A DNA stretch of 50,356 nt from a virus (lineage: Duplodnaviria > Caudoviricetes). The notes beneath the pieces are model-generated. The model was not told where the DNA came from, made no database searches, and was given only the letters and a program-made list of their open reading frames with translations. The stretch lies in IMG/VR virus record IMGVR_UViG_3300048823_000117, positions 1 to 50,356 of that record, one strand, 5' to 3'. Positions 18,479-28,434 of this stretch are shown in pieces; the first letter of the stretch is position 1, and every line of letters starts with the position of its first letter. Both the position numbers and the translations under genes were made by a program.

Positions 18479-19207
18479 TTAGTAAGTTCGGACTCTTCCG
18501 CCAGTTACCTGGGGCGCTACTCTTCCACCTCGATTGAACAAGGCGGTGTATGGCTGCTTCTTCACATAAGTCTGACCAGTGGGCGCTGCTCCACCACTTG
18601 GGTCTACTACTGAGTCGGGTCGGCCAGATTGGCCGTCGGGCATCATGATCAGCTCGCCGTCGAAGATCGCACGCATCTGCTTGGCGTGTTCTTCGAAGAT
18701 CGTTCGCTTATCGTCGAGGTAGTATTCCTCGGGGATCTTCATCAGGACGAGGCGTTCGCCAGTTCCGGCCGAGCCGACGATTGAGACTTCGCTGCCCAGA
18801 GCAGTATTGCCACCAATACCATAGGCAGCGCCAATTTGGCGACTATTCACCCGGACCTCGGCCTTGTCGACGAACACGTACCCAGCGTCGATTGCACGCT
18901 CGATATCCGACTGCCGATGCCAATACAACCTGAAGCCTGCGAGCGGGGCGACCTCCAACTTCCGCCGAGGGATGTTCATCGGCGTCCGATTGAACCGAGT
19001 AATGCCGTTGTTCGCAGGATTCGGCTGAGCTTGTTCCTGCACTGGGGTAGTCTTCGGCCCGAGGCTCTGAGCGAGCAACTCTGCTTCTCGATTCGCAGCT
19101 CGCTGTTCAGCCTCCTCCCTCGCAAGGCGATTCTGGACGGTTGGGTTGATTGGCTTTCTTTCCACGACGATCTCCTTCAGATTAATTGCCCGGCGGGCGG
19201 TAGTCAT
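18479..19207 (-). CDS. Conserved head-module hypothetical protein
   Basis: LEVAPLAGFRLYW..IERAIDAGYVFV..LVLMKIPEEYY. Confidence 0.65.
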   Translation of the reverse strand: MTTARRAINLKEIVVERKPINPTVQNRLAREEAEQRAANREAELLAQSLGPKTTPVQEQAQPNPANNGITRFNRTPMNIPRRKLEVAPLAGFRLYWHRQSDIERAIDAGYVFVDKAEVRVNSRQIGAAYGIGGNTALGSEVSIVGSAGTGERLVLMKIPEEYYLDDKRTIFEEHAKQMRAIFDGELIMMPDGQSGRPDSVVDPSGGAAPTGQTYVKKQPYTALFNRGGRVAPQVTGGRVRTY

Positions 19208-20090
19208 AGCCTACGCCGTCGGCGTATCGGCTGAGTTGTTGCACGTAGTGCTTGCGCCAGTCGACCAGGGTAGCGAACGACTTTCCCTTACCGACAAGGC
19301 CCATCCGTTCACCCTGGGCGTCACATTCGGCTTTCGCCTGAGCGGACAAGCCTTCGAAGGTCGGGCCGTCGACTTGCTGCTGGCCGCCACCGCCAGAACC
19401 AGATCCTCGAGAGCCGCTCTCTGCGCGGGAGATGTTGCTGCGATTCGGCATATACTTCTCTGCGACGATCTTCGCTGTGGCGTTCAGTTGGGCGGTGAGG
19501 TCCATTCCGGTTAGCTTACCCGCTGCACGGAGTTCAGCCCCCTCGACCGACATCGCTTGCATGTAGACGGGGTTCTTCGCCCAGGCGTTCTCGGCGAGCC
19601 AGTCGGTCATCGCTTGCGGGACCTGTTGCTGGGTAGGTTCCTGGCGCTGTTGCTGCTGAACAGGCGGCTTGGCGGCCGGCGGCGGGGTGGACAGCTGCCC
19701 GAGGATCCTCGCCTCAGCCTGGGTGTCGCCTGATTCGCGCGCAGCGTGTAGCTCGGCCGCCAGTTCGTTCCGAATTCGCTCCCGCTCCTTGCCAGCCAGC
19801 TCCGTTTGGAAGGCGGTTAGGCCAGTTATCTGAGTGCGGAGTTCCTCTTGCTCGCGTTCGAGCTTGATTCGACCGGCCCGCTCAGTAGCGAGTTCCTGTT
19901 CCAACTTCGCCGCATGACGCTGTACATGCGGCAGGACTTCGCGTCCGCGCTTTACAAACGTCCCAGCATCGACCCAGACATTCGGATCGCCGTTGAATTC
20001 TTCCTTCGGCCGCCAGCCGCCACGACGAGCCTCGGCGAGGACTTCCGGATCAGGACCTTGGTTCTGTTCAACTACTGCTTCATCAGCCAT
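19182..20090 (-). CDS. Capsid scaffolding protein
   Basis: ARRGGWRPKEEF.GDP..WVDA.TFV followed by a coiled coil; lies between portal and MCP. Confidence 0.75.
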   Translation of the reverse strand: MADEAVVEQNQGPDPEVLAEARRGGWRPKEEFNGDPNVWVDAGTFVKRGREVLPHVQRHAAKLEQELATERAGRIKLEREQEELRTQITGLTAFQTELAGKERERIRNELAAELHAARESGDTQAEARILGQLSTPPPAAKPPVQQQQRQEPTQQQVPQAMTDWLAENAWAKNPVYMQAMSVEGAELRAAGKLTGMDLTAQLNATAKIVAEKYMPNRSNISRAESGSRGSGSGGGGQQQVDGPTFEGLSAQAKAECDAQGERMGLVGKGKSFATLVDWRKHYVQQLSRYADGVGYDYRPPGN

Positions 20091-20102
20091 GACTGCTATC
20101 TC

Positions 20103-20546
20103 CTAGTGGGGGTATTCGACAACTGCTGCTTCTTCGACAATCTTAACGAAGATATCTTCCTCGTTAACCATGCGGTACTGCTTGCCGTTTAGAGTGCCAA
20201 CGACGATTGCACCCGAGTACTTCTGGACCAGGATCTTATCCCCCGGGAGGCACCTCGGCCGCCAAGGAGTCATCAGCCGACGCAACCAAGTCGCATTCTC
20301 CGGCCGGTACGCCTCGCTTCCAAGTGCCACCACAATCGCCCTCATCTCGACCATGATCGAGTTGTTACGAAGGTTATCGGGGATGATGAGTCCGCTTCGC
20401 CTGGCGGCGTCGAAGTCCGGTTCATAAGGTTCTAGGAGAACCGCGTGGCCTACCGGCTGTAGGCCCGAAGGGTTCAGACACTCCGGCCGGCGGTTTGAGG
20501 CCTTTATCCTCAGACTCCCCGGTATAATTTGCATAAAACTCAGCAT
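20103..20546 (-). CDS. groES: GroES (Cpn10)-like co-chaperonin
   Basis: LQPVGHAVLLEP..SGLIIPD..VVALG..PGDKILVQKYSG..GKQYRMVNEEDI; start uncertain. Confidence 0.85.
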   Translation of the reverse strand: MLSFMQIIPGSLRIKASNRRPECLNPSGLQPVGHAVLLEPYEPDFDAARRSGLIIPDNLRNNSIMVEMRAIVVALGSEAYRPENATWLRRLMTPWRPRCLPGDKILVQKYSGAIVVGTLNGKQYRMVNEEDIFVKIVEEAAVVEYPH

Positions 20547-20763
20547 ACTCCATCTCCATTAACTGCTTGTACAATCTGCACTTGCCAATGACGAAGGCTA
20601 ATTCCTCGCCAGAGGCTACTGCTCCATCAGCCAAGAGCTCCTGCAGGCGCTCCCGCTCCAGGGCCAGGAGCCGCAGGAACGCCACCGTCACCGGGTGCTG
20701 GTGCCATTCCCCCCATTCCGTCTCCACTGGAGGGCTTCCCGCCCTGGGATCCATCTTGGGCAT
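20422..20763 (-). CDS. Hypothetical protein overlapping the portal end and the GroES start
   Basis: EWGEWHQHPVT motif typical of small post-portal genes; GGAG upstream. Confidence 0.6.
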   Translation of the reverse strand: MPKMDPRAGSPPVETEWGEWHQHPVTVAFLRLLALERERLQELLADGAVASGEELAFVIGKCRLYKQLMEMEYAEFYANYTGESEDKGLKPPAGVSEPFGPTAGRPRGSPRTL

Positions 20764-22759
20764 CGCTCATTGCTCCTATTCGGTCGGTAAGGTGCTGACT
20801 GTACTGCTGCAATACCCCAAGCGCCAGCTCTACTTTCTTGAGGCCATTTTGCTGCTCGTCGCTCTTAACGCCGGCGATTAACGAATAAGCCTGCGCTTCA
20901 AGCTGCATAATCTTCGCTTGGTTGAGCCGACGCTCTTCCATCAGGTGGTTGGCCCATTCCTGCTTCTTCGCCTCGAGCTCCATCTGCTTGCCCTTGAGCT
21001 TGAGCTCTTCGACCTGGGCCTTTGGATTCGGCAGCGGCGTTGAACGAGGGTCGTTCGGGCCGACGTACAGGCGGCTGATGTTCTGCACCCGAGCGGCTTT
21101 GAGAATCGCCCGTTCAACTTCCTCATGGACGTAGCCAGGGACGGTCATCGCACGCTGAGCGACGAACATCGCTTGCTGCAGACGCATTACGCTCGATGGC
21201 AAGTTCGGATCAACCACCGGGCAGATCTGATCCGCATCACCGGAGTAGTCCTCCCGGTAGATTAACGAATTCTCCTGCCCGTAGTGGTTGACCGATCGCA
21301 GCGATCGCTTGTTGATCTCGTACCGCTGCTTGAACTCCTGCTTCATCGCCCGCCAGATGCGCTTGAAGATCCAGACGTAAATTCGAGATCCACGTTCTTG
21401 CATTCCCTGGAAGGTACTGGCTGGGGTGTTCTGCCCAGGGTTCTCGCCGACCATGGTGTCGGTAGTCCCGGCGATTCGATTCGCGTACTCGATCAGCAGA
21501 CCGAGGAGCTTAAAGAGCATCTCCGGCGGGGCGTTCGGCTCGAACAGAACGAGGTTCTTTCGGATATCGTCGCCGGTTGAATCGACTCGCTTCAGCTCGA
21601 ATGGAGCCATGGTGTAGTTGCCACCACGAATCTTCATCCCCCGACCGATGAATCCGCCACTGAGGTTGTGCAACGTGGCGTTATCGATGATCTGGTTGAT
21701 GATCGTCGAAACGGACTCGTTCAGCGGCCCAAGGAGAATCCCGAATCCGAGGTCGTAGAACCCGCCGTCTGGATTCGGGATGAACGGGTACTTGGTGTAG
21801 AACTCCTCGGGCTTGATCGAGAGGATTTCGCCAGACGAATTACGTCGGACGTCTTCCTCGTCAGCAACTCGGGCGACGATTCGACAAACGCACTGCGAGG
21901 TCTCCTCGATCGTTACGATATACGGCTCGGCGTAGCCGTCGTGATCGAGGTCCATGAAGCGGTGTTGTTCCAGGAACTGGAACGGGGCGTCGGCATCGGG
22001 TTCGATGGGAGACTGACCCGAGCGCAGATCGTGCTCTCCAGAGTCGGTCGGGGTGGTCGGTAATGAGTTGAACCAGGCTTCATTACGAACGTCTCGGAAC
22101 GTACCGTTATGAATGCGCTCGAGGATATCATTGCGGTACAGAGCAATTCGCTGTGTCTTGCGCTTCGCAGTCTCAAGCGACTTGGCCCAGTAGTCGACGA
22201 CCAGGTCCCAGGCGGAGACAAACTCCCCGATGGGATAGCCTTCCGACGAGCCCAACTGATTCTTAACAAACGCAGTGCCAACCACCGACAGGTTGATGAA
22301 CAGTCGGTCGTGCTGTTCCTCCCAAGACTGGTCCTGTTCCATCGCTTGCCAGGACATATGACGGCCGACCCGGTCGGCGCGCTTGGCCAGCGCCCCTGAC
22401 TTGTCATCACCGATTACTCGGTAGTTGACGATGTCGTTTCCTTGGATGATATCTGAGTAGCTATTCGCGGAGAACTGTAGGGCACCGATTGTAATCAGTG
22501 GGAACGCTACCGACGAAGCGCCTTCCCAGGGGAAGCTCTTAGGCTTCTGGAGCTGGATCGCTAGCTCCATCGCAGCGGTCATCCGACGTTCCCAGTGACT
22601 GCGGGATAGTTTGTCCTTATAGTAACCCTGGTAGACCCAACTGCCGAGGGTGTCGAGGTCGTCGAAGGTGAACTTGCTGCACAGGTTCGCCGCCTCGATC
22701 GTCGCCGTATCGAAGGTGATCTTGGTTTCGAGTTGCAGGAGTGCGGCGTTAGCGGCCAT
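20627..22759 (-). CDS. Portal protein
   Basis: KSFPWEGASSV.FPLITIGALQF, FLEQH..DLD.DGYAEPYIVT, FIPNPDGGFYDLGFG.LL.PLNES; C-terminal coiled coil; follows TerL. Confidence 0.9.
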   Translation of the reverse strand: MAANAALLQLETKITFDTATIEAANLCSKFTFDDLDTLGSWVYQGYYKDKLSRSHWERRMTAAMELAIQLQKPKSFPWEGASSVAFPLITIGALQFSANSYSDIIQGNDIVNYRVIGDDKSGALAKRADRVGRHMSWQAMEQDQSWEEQHDRLFINLSVVGTAFVKNQLGSSEGYPIGEFVSAWDLVVDYWAKSLETAKRKTQRIALYRNDILERIHNGTFRDVRNEAWFNSLPTTPTDSGEHDLRSGQSPIEPDADAPFQFLEQHRFMDLDHDGYAEPYIVTIEETSQCVCRIVARVADEEDVRRNSSGEILSIKPEEFYTKYPFIPNPDGGFYDLGFGILLGPLNESVSTIINQIIDNATLHNLSGGFIGRGMKIRGGNYTMAPFELKRVDSTGDDIRKNLVLFEPNAPPEMLFKLLGLLIEYANRIAGTTDTMVGENPGQNTPASTFQGMQERGSRIYVWIFKRIWRAMKQEFKQRYEINKRSLRSVNHYGQENSLIYREDYSGDADQICPVVDPNLPSSVMRLQQAMFVAQRAMTVPGYVHEEVERAILKAARVQNISRLYVGPNDPRSTPLPNPKAQVEELKLKGKQMELEAKKQEWANHLMEERRLNQAKIMQLEAQAYSLIAGVKSDEQQNGLKKVELALGVLQQYSQHLTDRIGAMSDAQDGSQGGKPSSGDGMGGMAPAPGDGGVPAAPGPGAGAPAGALG

Positions 22760-22941
22760 CAGTTAGCATTCTCACAGTTCTTGCAACGGGGCAATGGACT
22801 CCGACTGGCGGTCCACCATAACCAGCCCTTGCTGACGTACAGTCCACAGGCGGTTAGTCCTTCACTATGCGACTTACCGTACATTATGTGCTTGACCTTG
22901 CCAAGCGGCCGAGCTACGTAGAAGAAACGTTTCATACTCAA
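22759..22941 (-). CDS. Small zinc-finger-like protein
   Basis: H..TACG..CKNC; coupled between TerL and portal. Confidence 0.55.
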   Translation of the reverse strand: MSMKRFFYVARPLGKVKHIMYGKSHSEGLTACGLYVSKGWLWWTASRSPLPRCKNCENAN

Positions 22942-24416
22942 TATCCCGTCACTTGGTTGCGACCTTCAGCCTGTCGCGCAGCATTACCGCCGGCGATCCA
23001 GTCGAGTTCCTCGTCAGTCACATCATCCTCAGGTTCGACCTCTGGCATAGAATCAGTTCCGATGACGAGCCAGGCGGTGGAGTCGAAATCGTCATCCTCA
23101 AGGGCTTCGGCCTCGGCGGTGAACAAGAGCATCACAGATTCGTACTCGGGGTACCAGTCGGCGTCTTTGTCAAACGACATACCCTTGTTTTTCATTCGCT
23201 TCTGCATCGGTCGGCCGCGAGCAGCTTTGTCCTTAGACGCAGTCTTCGGCTCGATGTTGAGGTAGATGTTCCGCGAGCGCATTTCGGCTTCAAGGGTCGA
23301 CTTGAGCGTCAACCAGATCTGCCCCGACTCGACGAAGAAGAACTCTGGGTTCCAGCGAACCTGGATTGAGAAGAACTCCTCAATCAGCTGCGAACCATCC
23401 ATGCGGCCCTTTCGGCGGTCGACCACGTCCAGATGGCCGCCAATACATCGCCGACCTACGGTGAAGACGGAATTGTTCGCGCTATCCGCTTGGCTGATGG
23501 CCAAGTCCACACCCACTGCGAACCGACCGAAGCGCTCTTTTTCGTGCTCTTCAAGGGCGATGAACCATTCCTTTTTCAGATAAGCGTCTTCACGGTCCCG
23601 AGGCGCGTTCAGGTACTCGCACGAGTAACCAGCCGGATCCTTCGCGTCTATGAACTCTTGCTGCCGGCGGCGGAGTTCCGCCTCGTTGAACCTCGACGGC
23701 CAAAGAATGGCGCTAAAATTGCTGTAGCTTGCATGGGCTCGATAGATCCTATGGGTCCACGACTTACTATGGGTAAGATTCCACAGTAACGAGTCATCGT
23801 GAAGAATCGTCCCGTGGATTCGGGACAGACCGCCCTCGCCAAGGAGCTGCTTCGCCACTCGGAAGAACCACGCACGGAACGCCTTACGGGTCTCGGTAGT
23901 TGAAACGTTTTCCTCTGATTCAAGATCGTCTCCAAGGAGTAGGTCCGGCCGCATTCCGAGCCATAGCATGCCACGGATCTTCTGCCCGCTGCCCTTGGCG
24001 GAGATTCGGAACTTGTACCCGTCGGTACACTCGACGATGATGTCGGTCTGAGTATCGACGATGAAGTCTTTAATGCCGAAGTCCCGGCGCAGGGCCTCGT
24101 TGTTCTTCAGCGCATCTACCGACCGACCGAGGTGCTCGATCGCCAGGGCCTCGCTCGCGCTGAACAGTACCACGTACCTGCGCCAGCGGAACAGCACAGC
24201 CGCCAGCATGAACGCATCGGTGAACGCGGATGACTTCCCGTGCTTACGAGGAGCCGCCAGGGCGACGTTTTCGTCCGACGCATCGCAGTACAGAGCCCAT
24301 CCCTCCCGGTGCATACCGCACACCGGGTGGGGCTGATCGTACCCAGGGCTCAGGTAAGCCCCGGCGAAATTCTCGATCAGCTGCGCGTCGAGCGCAATGA
24401 GACCCTGGCCCTTCAC
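22938..24416 (-). CDS. terL: Terminase large subunit
   Basis: Walker A APRKHGKS, Walker B LLLGDDLE, GTILH, nuclease VGVDLA and DDDFDS. Confidence 0.93.
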   Translation of the reverse strand: MKGQGLIALDAQLIENFAGAYLSPGYDQPHPVCGMHREGWALYCDASDENVALAAPRKHGKSSAFTDAFMLAAVLFRWRRYVVLFSASEALAIEHLGRSVDALKNNEALRRDFGIKDFIVDTQTDIIVECTDGYKFRISAKGSGQKIRGMLWLGMRPDLLLGDDLESEENVSTTETRKAFRAWFFRVAKQLLGEGGLSRIHGTILHDDSLLWNLTHSKSWTHRIYRAHASYSNFSAILWPSRFNEAELRRRQQEFIDAKDPAGYSCEYLNAPRDREDAYLKKEWFIALEEHEKERFGRFAVGVDLAISQADSANNSVFTVGRRCIGGHLDVVDRRKGRMDGSQLIEEFFSIQVRWNPEFFFVESGQIWLTLKSTLEAEMRSRNIYLNIEPKTASKDKAARGRPMQKRMKNKGMSFDKDADWYPEYESVMLLFTAEAEALEDDDFDSTAWLVIGTDSMPEVEPEDDVTDEELDWIAGGNAARQAEGRNQVTGY

Positions 24417-25012
24417 GCTGGCTTAGCAGCCGGTGGCAACGGCGCCGGGCTCGGAGGAGCTGGCTGACCGACCGCGTTAGCGGGTAGACTCGCTGGCATT
24501 GGGCTACCTGAGACCGGCGGAGCGACGTTCTGCGGCAGCGGCGTTGCCGCCTTGAGTTCAGCCTCAGTTGGGGTAGGAGCTACAACTGGCGTGACTGACG
24601 GGGGCGGAGCCCCTGTACTGAAGCCGTCAACCGGGGTGGCGTTGACAGTTGGGGTACCAGCCGCCGGCGGATCGAGCTTCGCGGCATACCCTGGTGGTGG
24701 GTAGTCGGCGGCCGAGAAGCCCTCCGCGAGGAACTCCTTCAGCGTCGGGCCATCTTCACGCAACTTAGTCCAGCCGGGGGCAGCCGCCACAGGACGAGGA
24801 ACTGGGTTGTTGACCATTTGGTCCTTATGCCAGGCAATGTAGGGCAGGGCGCCCGGCGGTCCACCTGACATAAGAGCAGAGCCGAGGCTGAGGAGTGCTC
24901 GTCGCATACAGGCGAACTCGAACTCGAGGTCCGACAGTCGGCTGTCAGCAGTCTCAGTCGGAGGGGTTGACGCCTTGGAAGTCGGCGCAGGTGCGGTTGT
25001 GGTATCAGTCAC
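24413..25012 (-). CDS. Pro/Ala-rich hypothetical protein
   Basis: Low-complexity 199-aa ORF, GTGA-coupled to terL. Confidence 0.6.
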   Translation of the reverse strand: MTDTTTAPAPTSKASTPPTETADSRLSDLEFEFACMRRALLSLGSALMSGGPPGALPYIAWHKDQMVNNPVPRPVAAAPGWTKLREDGPTLKEFLAEGFSAADYPPPGYAAKLDPPAAGTPTVNATPVDGFSTGAPPPSVTPVVAPTPTEAELKAATPLPQNVAPPVSGSPMPASLPANAVGQPAPPSPAPLPPAAKPA

Positions 25013-25021
25013 GAAGGTCTC

Positions 25022-25351
25022 CTAGTTAAGGGGCGGCTTAATCGCAAGCGCCGCAGTTTTAGTAATGACTCGAGCGAGGTTAGTCGTGGCGGTCACGACG
25101 ACTTGATAAATTGTGCCTAACACACCTGCGGACAAGACGACCGCTACTACCGCCGGAACGCCAGCGTAGTTGTTAAGAATGTTCTGCCCAGTGATGATTG
25201 CCTGAGGGTTAAGGTCATTGCCGCTGTAGACAGTTGAAGTCATAGTCACAACATTAACCGACTCGCCCGTGGCCAATTCGTCGGTGCAGTCCGCGTATCG
25301 AACCACCGTCTCTCCAATGGTCTTCGGCTTCCAGTCAAGTTTCCCGCTCAT
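25022..25351 (-). CDS. Putative fibre/tail adaptor-like small beta protein
   Basis: K..GE....YAD....L..GE..G..GTIYQVVVTATT pattern. Confidence 0.5.
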   Translation of the reverse strand: MSGKLDWKPKTIGETVVRYADCTDELATGESVNVVTMTSTVYSGNDLNPQAIITGQNILNNYAGVPAVVAVVLSAGVLGTIYQVVVTATTNLARVITKTAALAIKPPLN

Positions 25352-27240
25352 TTACATGCAGCGTAGTTAGTCGGACAGGCGCCATTGATACGCCAACCAG
25401 CAGAGTTAATAGCAGTGCGTACTCCAGCTAAAGTCTGGGTCGAATTGCCATTTGTCTGCGTGTCGATCCAGATAAAATGGGTTACTCCCAGGTTGCTGAA
25501 TCCATAGCTTTCGGTACCCGCTGAGGTCTGATTGGTCCAAGAGTAAGCGTTCGCCTGGACTTGGAACCCTAACGGCACCTTGCCCTTGAAGACGTTCGTG
25601 CCATAACTGCTACCCTCGCCCTGCACAATAGCCTCACCCGAGGTCTCGCATTGTGTGGTACTGGTTGCGGTACAGTGGGGGGTGGTCGCTCCGTAAGGAG
25701 TTAGATAGATGACATCGGGTCCACCAAATCCCCAGCCAGTATTGCCGGCGATAACAGGGAAGCGGGCGGCCATCGTAGAGAGCGCTTCACCCTGAATGCC
25801 CCAGTTGTCGTTGAAGAACTTGTTGGTCGTCGGCCACGAGACTGACAGAGCAGTGGCCATAGCTTCGTACTGGGTTTGATAAGCACTGGCTGAATAGTCA
25901 GCCGGCTCAGACCCAGGACCAGAACTGTTCCAAGTCAAGCCAGTTTCGGGTATAGGGACTATTCCCTCGACGTTCGGGTTGCCGTCGTACTTCTTGCCGA
26001 GGTAGTTAAACAGATTTATATAGGCCGTCATCGTGGCAGGACGCCACAAGGCTACGGTGGCGGTGTTCTGAGTACGGACGAGATCAGTACCGAAGCCGCC
26101 TACGCCTGTAATGATGTAGTCAGGGGCGATTGAGGAGCTATTGTTGGAGGCGCCATAAGGCGCCCCCTGTGGAACGGTCGGAAGAGTACCAGGTGCCTGC
26201 CAGTACTCGCTCATTACGAGGATGATTAACTTGTACGTTACACCATCAGCCGCACTGGCTGAAGCCAGAGTAGCTAAGTCAGTATCAATCAGTATAGTGT
26301 TATAAACCGTACTGCTTACACCAGCCGGCAGGGTACCGCCTCCAGCCGTCCCGTCGGTCGGCCCGCCAGTTGGCTCGAGATAGAACCAACTATAGTCGTT
26401 CTCGATCCCTTTGAACCCGGGCTTTCCGGTCGCAGAGTTAATTGACCCCCGCATATCTGGGCCAAAGGAGGACCAGTTTGTTGATTGGTTCGTCGGGTTG
26501 ATCGGCGCTTGGCTAAGCGCTACCGGGTAATTAAAGTAGTGGCCAGGAGTCCACTTGATAGCAACCACTCCACTGGGCGGAACGCTTGTACCGAGATACA
26601 TCCCCGACCAGTTGGCCAGGACGACGTCAGTCGGCGCCTGGCCGTTCGAGTTGATAATCAACCCTGGTTGGCCAGAAGCAATCGACGAGTCGGTATAGTT
26701 AAAAGCGGCGACCTTAGTCCCGCGAAGGGTGACGTATAGGCTGGTGCCTTGAGCACAAACGCCGACGAGGTCGCCGGAATTAACTGTCTCGGTAGTCGCT
26801 GTAACGAGGGTTGTGACCGAGCCAGCTATGTTCTTGAACAGTAACATGCTTGCGGTGGCGCCTAGAGGGCCAGTCACCGCTACCCCGTAGAAGGTGCTGG
26901 CGGACGAGCTACTGCGAACCAGGACCTGGAAACTGGCTGAGCTAACTGCGTTCAAAGTGTTGACTTGAACCTGCGAGCACTGGTCGTTGGGGTAAGCGAT
27001 GTTGAACTGATTCCCGCAGTCAGTCACACCGACGTGCGAGCACTGGAGGGTATTGCTCACTACGCTTAGCGTAACATCGGACAATCCACCATTAACTACT
27101 ACCCAGTTCGACTGGCCGGACAGATTGCCGTTCGCGTAAGAGAACTTGTCCAGGGATAGAATGTTCCAATAGAACGCCGCCTGCGGCAAGGCCGTCGAGG
27201 CGACGAAGGTCAAGACCAGGGCAATTAACAAACGACGCAT
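25348..27240 (-). CDS. Signal-peptide protein: N-terminal lectin-like beta-sandwich plus clan GH-A-like glycoside hydrolase domain
   Basis: MRRLLIALVLTFVASTALPQA signal; KWTPGHY, FKGI...YSWFYLEP, LGKKYDGNPNVEG..ETG, GFGGPDV. Confidence 0.6.
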   Translation of the reverse strand: MRRLLIALVLTFVASTALPQAAFYWNILSLDKFSYANGNLSGQSNWVVVNGGLSDVTLSVVSNTLQCSHVGVTDCGNQFNIAYPNDQCSQVQVNTLNAVSSASFQVLVRSSSSASTFYGVAVTGPLGATASMLLFKNIAGSVTTLVTATTETVNSGDLVGVCAQGTSLYVTLRGTKVAAFNYTDSSIASGQPGLIINSNGQAPTDVVLANWSGMYLGTSVPPSGVVAIKWTPGHYFNYPVALSQAPINPTNQSTNWSSFGPDMRGSINSATGKPGFKGIENDYSWFYLEPTGGPTDGTAGGGTLPAGVSSTVYNTILIDTDLATLASASAADGVTYKLIILVMSEYWQAPGTLPTVPQGAPYGASNNSSSIAPDYIITGVGGFGTDLVRTQNTATVALWRPATMTAYINLFNYLGKKYDGNPNVEGIVPIPETGLTWNSSGPGSEPADYSASAYQTQYEAMATALSVSWPTTNKFFNDNWGIQGEALSTMAARFPVIAGNTGWGFGGPDVIYLTPYGATTPHCTATSTTQCETSGEAIVQGEGSSYGTNVFKGKVPLGFQVQANAYSWTNQTSAGTESYGFSNLGVTHFIWIDTQTNGNSTQTLAGVRTAINSAGWRINGACPTNYAACK

Positions 27241-28301
27241 CAGGTTTCCCCTGTGCCAGTGGTATGCCAGCCGGTCGTCGTATCCTTGTCAATTGACACG
27301 TCGGCTCCAGCCGCAAGCGTCCGACTCCCTGTCGTATTCACCGGGCTGAATGTCAGGGTATCGCTTACGATCTGCAGGGTCACAACCGCCGACGCGGCTG
27401 AGACGTAGATGCGGATCTTGGTCGGCACGACGAAGGCGACCGACGAGTTCGCTGGGATCGTCTCGGTGCAGGCAGAGGCGCAGTTGATATAGATCTTATT
27501 ATTAGCGTCTCCAATCGCCATAGTATCGTTGCCAGTCACATTACGCTGGGTAACCGCGCCGCTAGGCGTTGAACAGTTCGCAGCACCAGCCGTCGTGACG
27601 CCAGTAGCAAATTGGCCGCCAGTACACTGACTAGGAGATGAGGCTAAGGCGGCGGCGGTCGAGGCGGCGATTGTCCCTGTCCCAGTGAAGGACATTGAGC
27701 AGCCAGTCCCACAAACCATCGCGGCGATAGTGTTGGTTGAACTGGTAATCGAGCTAAACGCGCTCGAGCTCCCCGAGCCGCAGGCAGCGCCCGAGTCAAC
27801 CGCTACTCCAAGGGCAGACCACTGCATACAGTGGCCGGAGGTTATACCGCCATTGAAGATAACCAAGGCGCAGTTAATCAGCGAAGTGCAACCCGTTCCA
27901 CCGTTTACTTGTGGGAGGACCCCATTAAAGGCGTTTGCTGTTATGTTGCCACTGAGCTGGCAAGAACTGTTACAAATCATTACGGCTGTGGCGTTAGTGC
28001 CGCCAGTTACCAAGGCCCAGCTCGAGCCACCTGCTCCTGTACCACAAGGCGCTCCAGCGTCGCCGATAGTCGTTGAGGTGAAGAACTTGGCGCAATCGTT
28101 CGGCGTCGGCGAGGCGACGATCAGGGCCTGCTGCATGTACGCAAGGAACATCGAAAAGGTGCACTTGCTAGTCGTGCCGGACTGATCGCAGATAGAGTAA
28201 TCGCTGCCGGAAATCGACCCGCCTAAGGGTAAGTTCTGCACCGAGACTTGAGCAAAGGCTAATACCGGCAACAGGGCTAGCAACAGGAATAGCTTTTTCA
28301 T
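27240..28301 (-). CDS. Signal-peptide, Cys-rich tail-fibre-like protein
   Basis: MKKLFLLLALLPVLAFA|Q (upstream in-frame starts also possible); fibre-type N-terminal module; two C..DxGAxCG modules; LPQVNGGTG; C-terminal fibre tip ending W...G. Confidence 0.65.
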   Translation of the reverse strand: MKKLFLLLALLPVLAFAQVSVQNLPLGGSISGSDYSICDQSGTTSKCTFSMFLAYMQQALIVASPTPNDCAKFFTSTTIGDAGAPCGTGAGGSSWALVTGGTNATAVMICNSSCQLSGNITANAFNGVLPQVNGGTGCTSLINCALVIFNGGITSGHCMQWSALGVAVDSGAACGSGSSSAFSSITSSTNTIAAMVCGTGCSMSFTGTGTIAASTAAALASSPSQCTGGQFATGVTTAGAANCSTPSGAVTQRNVTGNDTMAIGDANNKIYINCASACTETIPANSSVAFVVPTKIRIYVSAASAVVTLQIVSDTLTFSPVNTTGSRTLAAGADVSIDKDTTTGWHTTGTGET

Positions 28302-28434
28302 TGTAAAGTTACTCATATAACTCAATCCCTAATCCGCTTCTACCGGGCACCGGATTAAGATGGGCCATGGCGAAGAAAAAGAAGATGGATGCGCATACCC
28401 GAAATTTAACTACGGGTGCTAGAGGTTCCAACAG

